Shown here piece by piece: positions 7,606 through 18,679 of a stretch of 64,000 nucleotides of DNA. Below the pieces are notes generated by a model. The model saw only the letters and a list, made by a program, of their open reading frames with translations. It made no database searches and had not been told where the DNA came from. The translations under genes were made by a program, and so were the position numbers. The stretch's first letter is position 1. Each line of letters opens with the position of its first letter. Source of the DNA: an uncultured candidatus Porisulfidus sp. (GTDB taxonomy: Bacteria; Pseudomonadota; Gammaproteobacteria; Poriferisulfidales; Poriferisulfidaceae); the NCBI GenBank assembly GCA_965204575.1, contig OZ241993.1, positions 64,001-128,000 of the forward strand, given 5' to 3'.

Positions 7606-10600
7606 ATGAGGAAACTCCCGAAACGCACGTTCCCCAAAGCGGCATTGGTTGCGGCAGAAAGTTTATTGTCCAAGCGCGATGGCCCGGAGGACCACGTCCG
7701 GCAAAACATCGGCCGGCTTCTCGACGCGCTCGGAATTGATAACGAGTTGACCTATCGGACCGCCGAAGGACCAGCCGACATTTATCTGCCTCGTCGCCGG
7801 ATCTTCATTGAAGCGAAATCAATTGGCCTAGCCGACGATCCCAACAAACCCCAAGCAAGAGACAATGACGAATCGCCCCGCCAGCAAATGGAACGTTATC
7901 TCTTGAGCGAATTACGGGAAGAGTGCGATCTCCCTCTCGAAAGCGCCCACGACAGGCCGTGGACCGGAATTGTCACCGACGGACATGTCTGGCATGTCTG
8001 GCTCTATGACGCGGCATCCGGCAGGGTCATACAACATCTTCTTGACGGGTTCCGGCCGTCCAGCGCAAAAGAATTGCTCGGCACAATATGGCCCTTGGTC
8101 GAGAGCAATCCGATCGGCAAGCCATGGATCTTCGCCGACCCCCGGCCGCTGTTCGAGCCCCTGCGCGAAGAGCTTCAGAAAATTTTCGAAGGCCTGCGCG
8201 AACAACACCGGGCGGAAACTGCCACGAAACAACAACTCTGGCTAGACATGCTCCGGACCTCCAACATGGAGCCGGAGAATGATGCGGCCACACAACGACT
8301 GTTCGTGACACATTCTTTTCTCGTTGCGCTGGCTCGCGGCGTCATCCACACGTTGGCACGGCCGCGCGAGAAGCCCGACCCGCGCAAGATACTGGCGGAC
8401 GGTTTCGTCGCATGGATTACGGCCACGGTCGCAGGCCGTCAGTGGGCACAGGGGTTTTTGGAGAAGATTCATTCGTATGAATGGCGGCGGCGGCGCGGTG
8501 ATGTACTCCGCCCGCTTTACGAACGTTTTGTAGATGTCCATGACAGACAAGACTTCGGGGAATACTACACGCCAGACTGGCTGGCAGAAATCATAGTCCA
8601 CGAAGTATTGGATGACGACTGGTGTGAACACGCCGTTGAAGCCGCGCTTGCCGCCGACCGGAACCCCGAATTCCTCTATGGCCGAGGGGTGCTTGATCCC
8701 ACTTGTGGTTCGGGCACGTTCCTCTACCATGCGGCCCGGCGAATACTAGGGTCTGACGCACTTGCGAGACAGCAACTGGATTCGGTCGGACGCGCACGGG
8801 TCGTTGCCGGGCTTGTCAACGGGGTTGACGTACATCCCGTGGCCGCAGAGATTGCCCGCGCCACACTCCTGCGCGCCTTGCCCTCAGAGCCCCCAGGGGG
8901 AAGCGCCGCAATCCGGATTTACGAAGGCGATGCTTTGCTTGTCCGATCCCATGACGAAAGTTCATTGTTCCGTCCAACGAACGGCGAATTCCGATTCGAA
9001 ACTCCGGCCGGGCGGGCGGTGCTGCTTCCCCGCTCCTTCGTCAATCTGGCAGGATTTGCGGATCTGCTTCGACGCCTTATCGACGCTGCGATGAAAGACC
9101 AGCCTGTCCCCACTGATGTTGGCACCAGCATCCCGAAAGAAGACCGGGACGCACTGGTGAAGGCCCGCGACAGTCTCGTGGAAATCATCCAGAACGAAGG
9201 CAATTCGGTTTGGACTTGGTTCATCACCAACATTACTGGCCCTTTCAGACTGATGGAGCAGAAAATCGACCGGATCGTTGCCAACCCCCCGTGGGTTTCG
9301 ATGGCTGGAATTCAGGCCATATCAAGAAAGCGAGCGCTGGAAGAGTTTTCGAAAGACCCGTGCGACCTTTGGACCGGCGGCAGAAATGCGCCGCATTTCG
9401 ATATCGCCCAACTGTTTGTCAGGCGCTGTCGGGAGATTTATCTTGCGGACCCGGACAACGATCCAGCTGGCTGGTTGGTCAAGCGCGCCGCACTGAAGTC
9501 CGAAAACTGGAGCCGATTTCGGCTGTGGCATGAAAAAATTCTTGCCCAGTCGATCGACCTGCTAGAAATCCAGCCTTTTGGCGGTGGGGATGCCCGCCGC
9601 TGTTGCATTCTGTTCGACCACCGACCTGCGTCGACAGCTTTGACGCGAGTGCGGGGACGAGAACTTCGGGCGCGAATCCTAGGGCGGGAGCGTCCGGAAC
9701 AGGATATGCCACGCGCAGCAGCGCTGGAGCTGATGGAATTCGCTCCTGTAGAGGCTCCGTTCCCCAAACAGGCTTCCGCCTATTGCAACGAAAAGGGCAA
9801 GCCCTGGTTCCGGCAAGGAGCCACGGTGACCCCGATGGTCCTCGCTGTAGCCGCCATCGTCAGGCGCGAAAAAACAGGGCCGGAACACTTGCTGACCGTA
9901 ACAACCGCCAAATCAAGCAAAGAGCCATGGTCCCGGATTGATTCCCAAGTGGGCGAGTTCCCCGAGAACTGGGTGCGTCATCTGCTGACTTCGAACGACT
10001 TTTATCCTTTCGCGACTGCACACCATCTGCAACAGGCAATTATTCCCGTAAATCAAAAAGGCCAATTACTTCCGGACCCCGGTGCTGTGTCCGATTCATG
10101 GCAAGAATTCGACGAAATATACAGGGAGCACAAAGGGCGCGGACAGAATACGCCTGTCACCCTTATTGGCCGGATAGACTACGGCAAAGGACTTTCCTCT
10201 CAACTCTCGTTGACTGGCACAAAAAAGACACTGGTTCTGCACCCCACGTCAGGCGACATCATGCGTGCCGCGCGGGTTGTCCCTGGTTCAGTCATCGTCG
10301 GTCACACACTTCACTGGTATCCCGCCGCAACCGAAGCGGAGGCCGCCTATCTGATCGGGGTACTGAATACCCCCGCGCTCAATCCTGCGTTTGTCGACGC
10401 GCGAACCGGTGGAAGGCATTTTGTCAACCATCCATGGCGCGCAATTCCCATCCCCCGGTATGATTCCAGTCAGAAGCTTCACCGAGAGATTGCGCGGCTG
10501 ACAAGGCGCGCGGAAAAGATTGTTGACCGCTGGTATTCAGAGAATCCAAGTCCGAGCGGGCAAGTGAAGATATCCAAACGAATCCGCAGTCTGCTGGAAG

Positions 10601-10671
10601 ACCGCGGAATTTTTGATGTGCTCAATGCCTCTGTGTACCAGTTACTGCCACATCATGTGCGTAGGAAATAG
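7606..10671 (+). CDS. Fused restriction endonuclease/N6-adenine methyltransferase (Type IIG/IIL-like)
   Basis: N-terminal PD-(D/E)xK-like ADIYL...FIEAK; GEYYTPDWLA; motif I VLDPTCGSGTFL; motif IV ANPPW; C-terminal TRD-like region. Confidence 0.85.
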   Translation: MRKLPKRTFPKAALVAAESLLSKRDGPEDHVRQNIGRLLDALGIDNELTYRTAEGPADIYLPRRRIFIEAKSIGLADDPNKPQARDNDESPRQQMERYLLSELREECDLPLESAHDRPWTGIVTDGHVWHVWLYDAASGRVIQHLLDGFRPSSAKELLGTIWPLVESNPIGKPWIFADPRPLFEPLREELQKIFEGLREQHRAETATKQQLWLDMLRTSNMEPENDAATQRLFVTHSFLVALARGVIHTLARPREKPDPRKILADGFVAWITATVAGRQWAQGFLEKIHSYEWRRRRGDVLRPLYERFVDVHDRQDFGEYYTPDWLAEIIVHEVLDDDWCEHAVEAALAADRNPEFLYGRGVLDPTCGSGTFLYHAARRILGSDALARQQLDSVGRARVVAGLVNGVDVHPVAAEIARATLLRALPSEPPGGSAAIRIYEGDALLVRSHDESSLFRPTNGEFRFETPAGRAVLLPRSFVNLAGFADLLRRLIDAAMKDQPVPTDVGTSIPKEDRDALVKARDSLVEIIQNEGNSVWTWFITNITGPFRLMEQKIDRIVANPPWVSMAGIQAISRKRALEEFSKDPCDLWTGGRNAPHFDIAQLFVRRCREIYLADPDNDPAGWLVKRAALKSENWSRFRLWHEKILAQSIDLLEIQPFGGGDARRCCILFDHRPASTALTRVRGRELRARILGRERPEQDMPRAAALELMEFAPVEAPFPKQASAYCNEKGKPWFRQGATVTPMVLAVAAIVRREKTGPEHLLTVTTAKSSKEPWSRIDSQVGEFPENWVRHLLTSNDFYPFATAHHLQQAIIPVNQKGQLLPDPGAVSDSWQEFDEIYREHKGRGQNTPVTLIGRIDYGKGLSSQLSLTGTKKTLVLHPTSGDIMRAARVVPGSVIVGHTLHWYPAATEAEAAYLIGVLNTPALNPAFVDARTGGRHFVNHPWRAIPIPRYDSSQKLHREIARLTRRAEKIVDRWYSENPSPSGQVKISKRIRSLLEDRGIFDVLNASVYQLLPHHVRRK

Positions 10672-10740
10672 ATTGAACTGTGACACGCTTTTATCCCAGT
10701 CCACAATCCAAGGCTTGGCTTCCCGGTGACAAGACTGGCT

Positions 10741-11022
10741 TCAAGCCGCAACGAAATGTTCGACTGAGATCTTCTCAGCGCGGTCTTGAGCCTGCCATAA
10801 GTCATACGCCATCTGCATCCCGAGCCAAGTCTCAGGAGTCGAACCAAATGCCTTCGACAGGCGGACCGCCATATCAATGGAAATGCCTGTACGCTCGTTC
10901 ACAAGTTTGGAAAGTGCTTGTCGCGTGACTCCCAAGCCTTGAGCGGCCCGGGTGACGGAAAGTCCCAGAGGCTCAAGGCATTGCCTCTTCACGATTCCAC
11001 CTGGATGTGGAGGGTTTTTCAT
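10741..11022 (-). CDS. higA: HigA-family antitoxin (no adjacent toxin)
   Basis: MKNPPHPG...HTH...MAVRLSKAFGSTPETWLGMQMAYDLW. Confidence 0.88.
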   Translation of the reverse strand: MKNPPHPGGIVKRQCLEPLGLSVTRAAQGLGVTRQALSKLVNERTGISIDMAVRLSKAFGSTPETWLGMQMAYDLWQAQDRAEKISVEHFVAA

Positions 11023-11141
11023 AGGCACCAAATGTTACCGTGCAACGCATCAATTGACAATTGGTAATGGCAAGTATGGGGCCAAGATACTCGCTCAAAT
11101 AAGGTACAATGCCGACATTCACATTGGCTGAGAAATAGGCT

Positions 11142-11345
11142 ATGGGCGGCATCAGCATCTGGCAGATTCTTATCATTCTGGCCATCGTGCTGTTGCTGTT
11201 CGGCACCAAGCGCCTGCGCAACATAGGCGGCGATCTGGGCGAGGCCATCAAGGGTTTCAAGCAGTCCATGCAGTCTGCCTCACAGACTGACAAGTCTGAC
11301 ACCGACGATTCCACCGAATCCAAGAAAGATAGTCCGGGCAGTTAA
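11142..11345 (+). CDS. tatA: Twin-arginine translocase TatA
   Basis: [40 protein letters not shown]. Confidence 0.95.
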   Translation: MGGISIWQILIILAIVLLLFGTKRLRNIGGDLGEAIKGFKQSMQSASQTDKSDTDDSTESKKDSPGS

Positions 11346-11525
11346 CGCCTGATCGGCGGCTACCTGCCGCCTCAACCTCTGTTTGACAATAAGTCGGCAA
11401 GCACCTGCCCTTGCTTCAATATTGGCCTATGCAGAGGAAAAAGTCACAATGAGAATGGCCGGATTCCCAAGTATTTCCACTCCAATAGAGACTTAATTCA
11501 ATAATATTTATATTGCATGATAATC

Positions 11526-11545
11526 TTGCATTATTTATAATGCAA
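11526..11545. promoter_or_regulatory. Palindromic operator upstream of XRE-ImmA gene
   Basis: TTGCATTAT-TT-ATAATGCAA perfect 9-bp inverted repeat overlapping a TATAAT; GGAGG SD downstream. Confidence 0.6.
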
Positions 11546-11569
11546 TTTATATCAGCTGGAGGAAATGCC

Positions 11570-12679
11570 ATGTCTCGGCATCTGATTGGGCAAAGAATCA
11601 AGGCACTGAGGAAGGAAAGGGGGTTGACACAAGATGGCCTCACGGAACTGTTGGGCTTCAACGACCGGCAAACCGTTTCCGCCATCGAAACCGGGACGCG
11701 CCGCGTCACCGCGGATGAACTGGTGCTGGTCGCCGAGAAATTCGGCGAGTCGCTCGACTACTTCACTGATCCCTTCCGGCTTGTCGGCGAAGGACGTTTT
11801 TCCTGGCGTCAGGCAGGCGCAAAACCTGAGCAGCTGAATGTTTATGAACAACTTGCGGGAAGTTGGATTGCCGCGTATCGCACTTTGAGTGCCCAAATCG
11901 GATATGAACGGCCGCTTCTACGGCGCGCGCTCAGCCTCGACCGCCATGCACATTGCGAGGATTCGATGCAGGCAGGAGAACGTTTTGCCAGCCAATTCAG
12001 CCTCGGAAAAGCACCCGCATTGCGACTTGCCGAGGTGATGGAGAACGATCTGGGCATTTCCGTGCTTATGGTCGATGCGCCTGACAGCATTTCCGGCGCG
12101 GCCTGTCGATTGCCGGATCTGGATGTTGTACTGATTGCGCGTCACGAAGTGGCTGCACGGCGCCACTTCAATCTTGCCCACGAACTTTTCCATCTGCTTA
12201 CCTGGGAAGCCATGCCGCCCAAGCATATAGAAGAGGTAGAAGGCAAAACCGGAAACCGTGTCGAGCAACTCGCCAATAGTTTCGCAGCAGCAGTACTCAT
12301 GCCGTCGGAAGTCCTGGATCAATTTGGCGAATGGTCCGGTTTTGACGAAAAAGAGCTAATCGCCCACTTGAACCTCGCGGCGGATGAATTGCATGTGACA
12401 TCTTCGGCGTTGAAATGGCGTCTGGTCGCGCTTGGAAAACTAAAAAAAGCAGTTGCGAATTCATTGCCTCAAGTCGAATTGCGGAATAACGGCCGCGACT
12501 CTGTCGCGGAACAAGATCCTCCTCCCCTGTTCTCCCCATCCTTCATGAAAGTTATCGGCAACGCGATTGAAGACGGAAAGGTTTCAGTCCGGCGTTTGGC
12601 ACAGTTATTTGACATGTCTGTCGACGATCTTCCAGATCTGTTCACGGCACAGGGCCTGGAAAACCCTATTTCCCTGTGA
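11570..12679 (+). CDS. XRE-family HTH fused to ImmA/IrrE metallopeptidase
   Basis: IGQRIKALRKERGLTQ HTH; LAHELFH HExxH; EQLANSFAAAVLMP. Confidence 0.88.
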   Translation: MSRHLIGQRIKALRKERGLTQDGLTELLGFNDRQTVSAIETGTRRVTADELVLVAEKFGESLDYFTDPFRLVGEGRFSWRQAGAKPEQLNVYEQLAGSWIAAYRTLSAQIGYERPLLRRALSLDRHAHCEDSMQAGERFASQFSLGKAPALRLAEVMENDLGISVLMVDAPDSISGAACRLPDLDVVLIARHEVAARRHFNLAHELFHLLTWEAMPPKHIEEVEGKTGNRVEQLANSFAAAVLMPSEVLDQFGEWSGFDEKELIAHLNLAADELHVTSSALKWRLVALGKLKKAVANSLPQVELRNNGRDSVAEQDPPPLFSPSFMKVIGNAIEDGKVSVRRLAQLFDMSVDDLPDLFTAQGLENPISL

Positions 12680-12801
12680 AGTGCCATGACCCGACCCGAA
12701 AGGTCGGACACAAGCAACCTCGGCATGCGCGACACGAGTGATTACCCTGCGACTTGCCCCACCTGCGCGTAAAATGCGTTCACCAAACAACGGATTTCAC
12801 C

Positions 12802-14277
12802 GTGGACGACCGCCCAACCCTGAGTCAGGCTCAATTCGAGCGCTACCGTTCCGAAGGCTGCACGCATGTCCCGCTGGTGGCCACGCTGCCGGCAGGCCAG
12901 CGCAAGGCCTCAACCCTGTACGCGCCGATGGCGGATCAGCCGGGCAGCTACCTGCTGGAATCCGGAGAAATTGATACGCACGCCGGGCGGTACTCGATCA
13001 TCGGCATGCCCACCGCGGTTGAACTGATATACCAGGATGGCCAATTTCGTGTCGTGGAAGGCGGCGAAACCCAAAGTGCCCAGGAGACCGACGACCCGTT
13101 GTCCTGCGTGGAAGACTACCTGCACAGTCATAAAGTCGCCCCCCTGACGGAAGCTCTGCGCTTCGGAGGCGGCTTGGTCGGGTATTTCGGCTATGACCTG
13201 ATCCGAACCATCGAGCCGGTTCTCGCCGGGAGCCGGCCGGACGACCTGCTCGGCCTGCCGGACCTGTGGCTGCTTCGCTCGACCGAGTTAATCATGCTGG
13301 ATAACCAGACTGGGCAGATCCTGCTGATCGTCAACCAACCGGTAGATGTTCCGGAAGCCTATGCGGCAGGATGCCGACGGCTGCAGGAATTGCGCACCCA
13401 AGTCGAAGAGACTCCAGAGCCGGAACCACTGATGGAAACACCGGACCAGGAATCCTCGTTTACATCGGGGTTTACCGAGGCCGGGTTCTGCAAAGCAGTT
13501 CAGACGGCCCGCGAATACATCATCGCGGGTGATCTGATGCAAGTCGTGCTCTCGCAGCGGCTCAGCCGGCCCTACCAGGGCGATCCGTTTCACATGTACC
13601 GCGGCCTGCACGCGCTCAACCCTTCTCCCTACATGTACTTCCTGAATCTCGGCCCGGTCCAAGTGGTCGGCTCCAGCCCGGAAATCCTGGTGCGCCGCGA
13701 GGACGATGACGTCACGGTGCGCCCGATCGCCGGAACCCGCTGGCGCGGCGAGACGGAAGAAGAAGACCAGAGGCTGGAAGCGGAACTTCTGGCCGACCCG
13801 AAAGAATGCGCCGAACACCTGATGCTGATCGACCTCGGCCGCAACGATATCGGCCGGGTCTGCCAGCCGGGCACGGTCCGACTGACCGAACAGATGGTGA
13901 TCGAGCGCTACTCCCATGTCATGCACATGGTCTCGAACGTGGAGGGAAAGCTGTCGCCGGGCATCTCGACCCAAGACGTACTGCGGGCGACTTTCCCGGC
14001 CGGTACGGTCAGCGGTGCCCCCAAAATACGGGCCATGGAGATCATCGACGAACTGGAACCGTCAAGCCGCGGGATTTATTCCGGGGCCATCGGCTACTTC
14101 GGATGGGACCGGAACCTCGACACCGCTATCGCCATCCGAACCGCAATCGTTCACAATGGGCAGATTCATGTACAGGCCGGAGCCGGGATCGTTTACGATT
14201 CAATTCCGGAGCGAGAATGGCATGAAACCATGCACAAGGCGCAAGCCCTGCTCCAGGTTGCCGACCGGTACTGCTGA
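12802..14277 (+). CDS. trpE: Anthranilate synthase component I
   Basis: LLES, NPSPYMY, GSSPEILV, RPIAGTR, EHLMLIDLGRND, GTVSGAPKIRAM; start uncertain. Confidence 0.95.
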   Translation: MDDRPTLSQAQFERYRSEGCTHVPLVATLPAGQRKASTLYAPMADQPGSYLLESGEIDTHAGRYSIIGMPTAVELIYQDGQFRVVEGGETQSAQETDDPLSCVEDYLHSHKVAPLTEALRFGGGLVGYFGYDLIRTIEPVLAGSRPDDLLGLPDLWLLRSTELIMLDNQTGQILLIVNQPVDVPEAYAAGCRRLQELRTQVEETPEPEPLMETPDQESSFTSGFTEAGFCKAVQTAREYIIAGDLMQVVLSQRLSRPYQGDPFHMYRGLHALNPSPYMYFLNLGPVQVVGSSPEILVRREDDDVTVRPIAGTRWRGETEEEDQRLEAELLADPKECAEHLMLIDLGRNDIGRVCQPGTVRLTEQMVIERYSHVMHMVSNVEGKLSPGISTQDVLRATFPAGTVSGAPKIRAMEIIDELEPSSRGIYSGAIGYFGWDRNLDTAIAIRTAIVHNGQIHVQAGAGIVYDSIPEREWHETMHKAQALLQVADRYC

Positions 14278-14292
14278 ACACGGGTTACCATC

Positions 14293-14865
14293 ATGTTGCT
14301 CCTGATTGACAACTACGACTCGTTTACCTACAACCTGGTGCAGTATTTCGGCGAACTCGGTGTCGAGGTCAAGGTGGCGCGTAATGACCAGATCAGCCTG
14401 GAGACGATTCGCGCCATGGCGCCACGGCACCTGGTAATTTCTCCCGGCCCCTGCACCCCGAACGAGGCCGGCATCTCGGTCGCGGCAGTTCAGGAATTTT
14501 CAGGACAGATTCCCTTGCTCGGCGTCTGCCTGGGGCACCAGAGCATCGCGCAGGCGTTCGGCGGCACGATCGTCCGTGCAACCCACATCATGCACGGGAA
14601 GACTTCCACCATCCGGCACCAAGGAGAGGCATTGTTCGAGAATCTGCCGCAACCCCTAACGGCCACTCGCTACCATTCACTGGTGGTGCGCCAGGACGAC
14701 ATCCCCTCGTGCCTCAAGATCACCGCCTGGACCGACGACGAAGACAACGAGATCATGGGGCTGCAGCATGAAACCTATCCGGTGTTCGGCGTTCAGTTCC
14801 ATCCGGAATCGATACTGACCGAAAGCGGCCACACGCTGCTGCAGAACTTCCTCGACCAGACATGA
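14293..14865 (+). CDS. trpG: Anthranilate synthase component II (glutamine amidotransferase)
   Basis: [29 protein letters not shown]. Confidence 0.95.
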   Translation: MLLLIDNYDSFTYNLVQYFGELGVEVKVARNDQISLETIRAMAPRHLVISPGPCTPNEAGISVAAVQEFSGQIPLLGVCLGHQSIAQAFGGTIVRATHIMHGKTSTIRHQGEALFENLPQPLTATRYHSLVVRQDDIPSCLKITAWTDDEDNEIMGLQHETYPVFGVQFHPESILTESGHTLLQNFLDQT

Positions 14866-15908
14866 CCCCGGACCACGCCCTCGAGATCGCCCAAGCCGGC
14901 TCCGACCTCGACGCCGCACAGATGGAGGCGTTGATGCGCTCGATCATGGCAGGCGAAGTGGAGCCCGAGAAACTCAAGGCCCTGCTGATCGCCTGGCGCG
15001 ACAAGGGCGAGGCGGTTTCGGAAATCGTCGGGGCCGCAAGGGCTATGCGCACCTGTTCCGTACGCATCGACATCCATGCGCCACTGATTCTCGATACCTG
15101 CGGCACCGGAGGCGATGGCCTGGGAACTTTCAATGTTTCCACCGCCGTGGCAATCGTTGCTGCAACAGCGGGCGTTACCGTGGCGAAACACGGCAATCGC
15201 GCAGTCAGTTCCAGCAGCGGCAGCGCCGATGTGCTCGCCGCGGCCGGCCTTGCGATCGACCTTCAGCCAGAGTCGGTGCGCCACTGCATCGAAGAAGCCG
15301 GAATCGGTTTCCTGTTCGCCCCCTCCCACCACCCGGCAATGCGGCACGCCGCGCCGGTCCGCAAGGAAATCGGGACCCGGACGCTGTTCAACCTGCTGGG
15401 CCCCCTGACCAATCCGGCTGGCGCGACCCATCAGTTGATCGGGCTGTTCGACGCCCGCTGGCTGCGCCCCTACGCTGAAACCCTGGCGGAACTGGGCAGC
15501 ACGCGCGCCATGGTGGTGCACTCGCGGGACGGCATGGATGAAGTCTCGCTGAATGCGCCGACCGATTTCGCCCTGTTGGATCAGGGAGAGGTTTCCACCG
15601 GAACGCTGGATCCCAAAGCGTACGGATTCGATCCCGTGGACCCGGCTTTACTGCAGGCCGATTCCGCCGAGAACAGCCTCGCCATGATTCGCGAGGCGTT
15701 TGCCGGCAAGCCCTCGCCCGCGGCAGACCTGATCTGCCTGAACGCCGGCGTAGCGCTGCATACCGTCGGAAACGTCGAGGACATGAATGACAGCATCCAC
15801 CAGGCTCGCACCATCCTTGAAGACGGCTCCGCCGCCGCCGAACTGGATCAACTCGCGCAAATCACCCAGCGTCTGAAGCAGGAGGAAGCCGATGCAGATG
15901 CTGGATGA
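14862..15908 (+). CDS. trpD: Anthranilate phosphoribosyltransferase
   Basis: [35 protein letters not shown]. Confidence 0.96.
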   Translation: MTPDHALEIAQAGSDLDAAQMEALMRSIMAGEVEPEKLKALLIAWRDKGEAVSEIVGAARAMRTCSVRIDIHAPLILDTCGTGGDGLGTFNVSTAVAIVAATAGVTVAKHGNRAVSSSSGSADVLAAAGLAIDLQPESVRHCIEEAGIGFLFAPSHHPAMRHAAPVRKEIGTRTLFNLLGPLTNPAGATHQLIGLFDARWLRPYAETLAELGSTRAMVVHSRDGMDEVSLNAPTDFALLDQGEVSTGTLDPKAYGFDPVDPALLQADSAENSLAMIREAFAGKPSPAADLICLNAGVALHTVGNVEDMNDSIHQARTILEDGSAAAELDQLAQITQRLKQEEADADAG

Positions 15909-16683
15909 GATCCTGGCGCACAAGCGCGATGAAATCAAGAAGCGAAAACTCAAGGTGACGGAAGCGGGATTCCGGGAGATGGCGCATGAGAACCCGTCGC
16001 CGGGTGGTTTCCGTGATGCTCTCCAGTCCTCCATCGAACAAGGCCGCCCGGCCGTTATCGCTGAACTCAAAAGAGCCTCTCCGAGCCAAGGCGTCATCCG
16101 CGAAGACTTCGACCCGACTGCCATAGCCGGCAGTTATCAGCGCGGCGGTGCCGCCGCCTTGTCGGTGCTGACCGATGCAAAATATTTCAAAGGCTCCGGA
16201 GTCGTCCTGGAGTTGGCCCGACGGGGCTCCACCCTGCCCATCCTGCGCAAGGATTTCATACTCGACCCTTACCAGGTCTACGAAAGCTGCGCCATGGGAG
16301 CCGCCGCCATCCTGCTGATCGTCGCGGCCCTGTCGGATGATGAACTCAAGGAGCTCCAACAACTGGCCCGAACCTTCGGGCTGGATGTGCTGGTGGAAGT
16401 GCACGATGGCGAAGAACTGGATCGCGCGGCATCGATCGGTGCGGATCTGATTGGCATCAACAACCGCGACCTGCAGGCCTTCGACGTGAGCTTGGACACA
16501 ACCGTCCAGCTGGCCCCACAAGCACCTGAAAATGCCGTTGTGGTCGCGGAAAGCGGCATTCACGCCCCGGAGGACATCGCCAAGATTCGTGCCTGCGGCG
16601 TGCAGGCTTTCCTGATCGGCGAGAGCCTGATGCGCGCGGACAACCCAGGCGACCGCTTGGCCGAACTGTTGCAGGAAGCATGA
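15892..16683 (+). CDS. trpC: Indole-3-glycerol phosphate synthase
   Basis: IAELKRASPSQG, LSVLTD, LRKDFI, GINNRDL, AESGI. Confidence 0.96.
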   Translation: MQMLDEILAHKRDEIKKRKLKVTEAGFREMAHENPSPGGFRDALQSSIEQGRPAVIAELKRASPSQGVIREDFDPTAIAGSYQRGGAAALSVLTDAKYFKGSGVVLELARRGSTLPILRKDFILDPYQVYESCAMGAAAILLIVAALSDDELKELQQLARTFGLDVLVEVHDGEELDRAASIGADLIGINNRDLQAFDVSLDTTVQLAPQAPENAVVVAESGIHAPEDIAKIRACGVQAFLIGESLMRADNPGDRLAELLQEA

Positions 16684-17096
16684 AAGCGCGCGTTACTTGG
16701 CAGGAGCACCGCACATTCGTCGGAGAATCCGGCAGCGGGCATACGGTCGTCATGGACGGCGCGCCTGAGCACGGCGGGCGCAACCTCGCCGCACGCCCGA
16801 TGGAAATGATGCTGCTCGGCATGGGTGGATGCAGCGCATTCGACGTAGTCGGCATGCTGGAACGTGCCCGCCAGCCTCTGGATCGGCTGGAACTGGAAAT
16901 CGAGGCGGAACGGGCCGAGGACATTCCCCAGGTGTTTACCCGCATTCACGTGATCTACCGGGCATTCGGCAGCGGCCTGTCGGAGGCGCAGGTGCGCCGT
17001 GCCGTCGACCTCTCGGTCACCAAATACTGTTCCGCCTCCCTGATGCTCGGAGAGACCGCCGAAATCACCTACGACCTTGAACTGATCGAAAGCTGA
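16680..17096 (+). CDS. OsmC-family protein (YhfA-like)
   Basis: RPMEMMLLGMGGCSAFDV...KYCSAS. Confidence 0.9.
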   Translation: MKARVTWQEHRTFVGESGSGHTVVMDGAPEHGGRNLAARPMEMMLLGMGGCSAFDVVGMLERARQPLDRLELEIEAERAEDIPQVFTRIHVIYRAFGSGLSEAQVRRAVDLSVTKYCSASLMLGETAEITYDLELIES

Positions 17097-18385
17097 TGGG
17101 CACTCCGCCCGAATGGACTGCCCTGGATCCTCGCCACCTGTGGCATCCGTACGCACCTGCCCCTGACCCTCTTCCGGCGCACCCGGTCGTCGGCAGCGAG
17201 GGCATCCACCTGATATTGGCCGATGGGCGCAGATTGGTCGACGGGATGGCCTCCTGGTGGTGCGCCATCCACGGCTACCGGCACCCGGAAATGGTGCGGG
17301 CCCTGCAGGAACAGGTCGATGTCCTGCCGCATGTCATGTTCGGCGGACTAACCCATGAATCCGCCGCGCGGCTGGCAGAGAGGCTGGCCCGGCTCTCCCC
17401 TGGGGATCTTAATCGAGTCTTCTTCTGTGATTCCGGCTCTGTTTCGGTCGAAGTCGCCCTAAAACTAGCCGTGCAGTATTGGCAAGCACGCGAGTGTCCG
17501 GAGAAATGTTGTTTCCTCGCCCTTCGCGGGGGCTACCACGGCGACACTTTCGCTGCCATGTCGGTCAGCGACCCGGACAACAGCCTGCACGACCGTTTCC
17601 GCAACCTGTTGCCGCGGCAGTATTTCACTCCACAACCTCCCGACGCGGATTGCACCATATCCGAACTGGAAGACGCTTGTGCGCGGTTCGAAGCCGATCT
17701 CGTTGCCCACCAGTACGAACTTGCCGGAGTCGTGTTAGAGCCCGTGCTTCAGGGGGCTGGGGGATTCCATCCCTACCCGCCCGCATTCCTGGCACAGGTC
17801 GCCGCCTTGTGTGCCCGGCATCAAGTGCTTCTGATCGCCGACGAGATCGCCACCGGATTCGGAAGGACCGGAACCCTGTTCGCCTGTGAGCAGGCCGACG
17901 TCGTCCCGGATATCCTGTGCCTCGGCAAGGCGTTGACGGGCGGCATGCTGAGCCTGGCTGCCACGTTGACACGTGAAGAAATTGCAAAGGTGGTCAGCGA
18001 AGCCGGGCCGTTCCTGCACGGCCCCACGTTCATGGCGAATCCTGCGGCCTGCCGGGTCGCGCTGGCGAGCTTGGATCTCTTGGAATCCCGGGACTGGAAG
18101 ACTGAAGTCGCTGCGATCGAAACAATCCTGCAGCGCGAGTTGCTGCCGCTGCAATCGGCCGAAGGTGTCGCAAGAGTGCGCGTGCTCGGCGCATTTGCTG
18201 TTGTCGAGACTTCTAAACCGGTGGATGCCCAGGCTTGGCAAGCCTTGGCTATCCAGCGCGGAGTCTGGCTGCGGCCGTTTCAGAATTTTGTGTACCTGAT
18301 GCCACCCTTTATCATTCAGGAAGCAGAGTTAATGCAACTAGCAAGTACTATCCAATCTGGTGTATCCGAACTCCTACAAGCATAG
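17096..18385 (+). CDS. bioA: Adenosylmethionine-8-amino-7-oxononanoate transaminase
   Basis: WHPY, DGMASWW, SGSVSVEVALK, GYHGDT, DEIATGFGRTG, GKALTGG. Confidence 0.95.
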   Translation: MGTPPEWTALDPRHLWHPYAPAPDPLPAHPVVGSEGIHLILADGRRLVDGMASWWCAIHGYRHPEMVRALQEQVDVLPHVMFGGLTHESAARLAERLARLSPGDLNRVFFCDSGSVSVEVALKLAVQYWQARECPEKCCFLALRGGYHGDTFAAMSVSDPDNSLHDRFRNLLPRQYFTPQPPDADCTISELEDACARFEADLVAHQYELAGVVLEPVLQGAGGFHPYPPAFLAQVAALCARHQVLLIADEIATGFGRTGTLFACEQADVVPDILCLGKALTGGMLSLAATLTREEIAKVVSEAGPFLHGPTFMANPAACRVALASLDLLESRDWKTEVAAIETILQRELLPLQSAEGVARVRVLGAFAVVETSKPVDAQAWQALAIQRGVWLRPFQNFVYLMPPFIIQEAELMQLASTIQSGVSELLQA

Positions 18386-18439
18386 GATTTCAAAGCATGA
18401 TAGTATATACATTATATATCTTTCTGTTGAGGCAAAGCT

Positions 18440-18679
18440 ATGGGGGCAAAATCACATGTTGCCAAATGGGGCAGTAGTTTAGCGGTTCGCATTCCCAAGC
18501 CCATTTGCGAACTGTGGGGCGTCCAAGAAGGCACTCTCATTGAACTGAGCCCTAAGGGCGACCATGTTGTCATGCGCAAGAAGACCTATCATCTTGACGA
18601 CATGCTGGCCCAGATTACGTCCGAAAACCTTCACCCCGAGTGGGATACCGGTCCTACTCAAGGCAAAGAAGAATGGTGA
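18440..18679 (+). CDS. mazE: MazE/AbrB-family antitoxin
   Basis: KWGSSLAVRIP; C-terminal DTGPTQGKEEW; overlaps toxin start. Confidence 0.9.
   Translation: MGAKSHVAKWGSSLAVRIPKPICELWGVQEGTLIELSPKGDHVVMRKKTYHLDDMLAQITSENLHPEWDTGPTQGKEEW

Noticed and set aside
12680-12775. Short ORF and hairpin after the XRE-ImmA gene as a PIN-toxin remnant or trp attenuator
   Set aside because: No convincing PIN motif, no Trp codons, and the hairpin lacks a U-tract.
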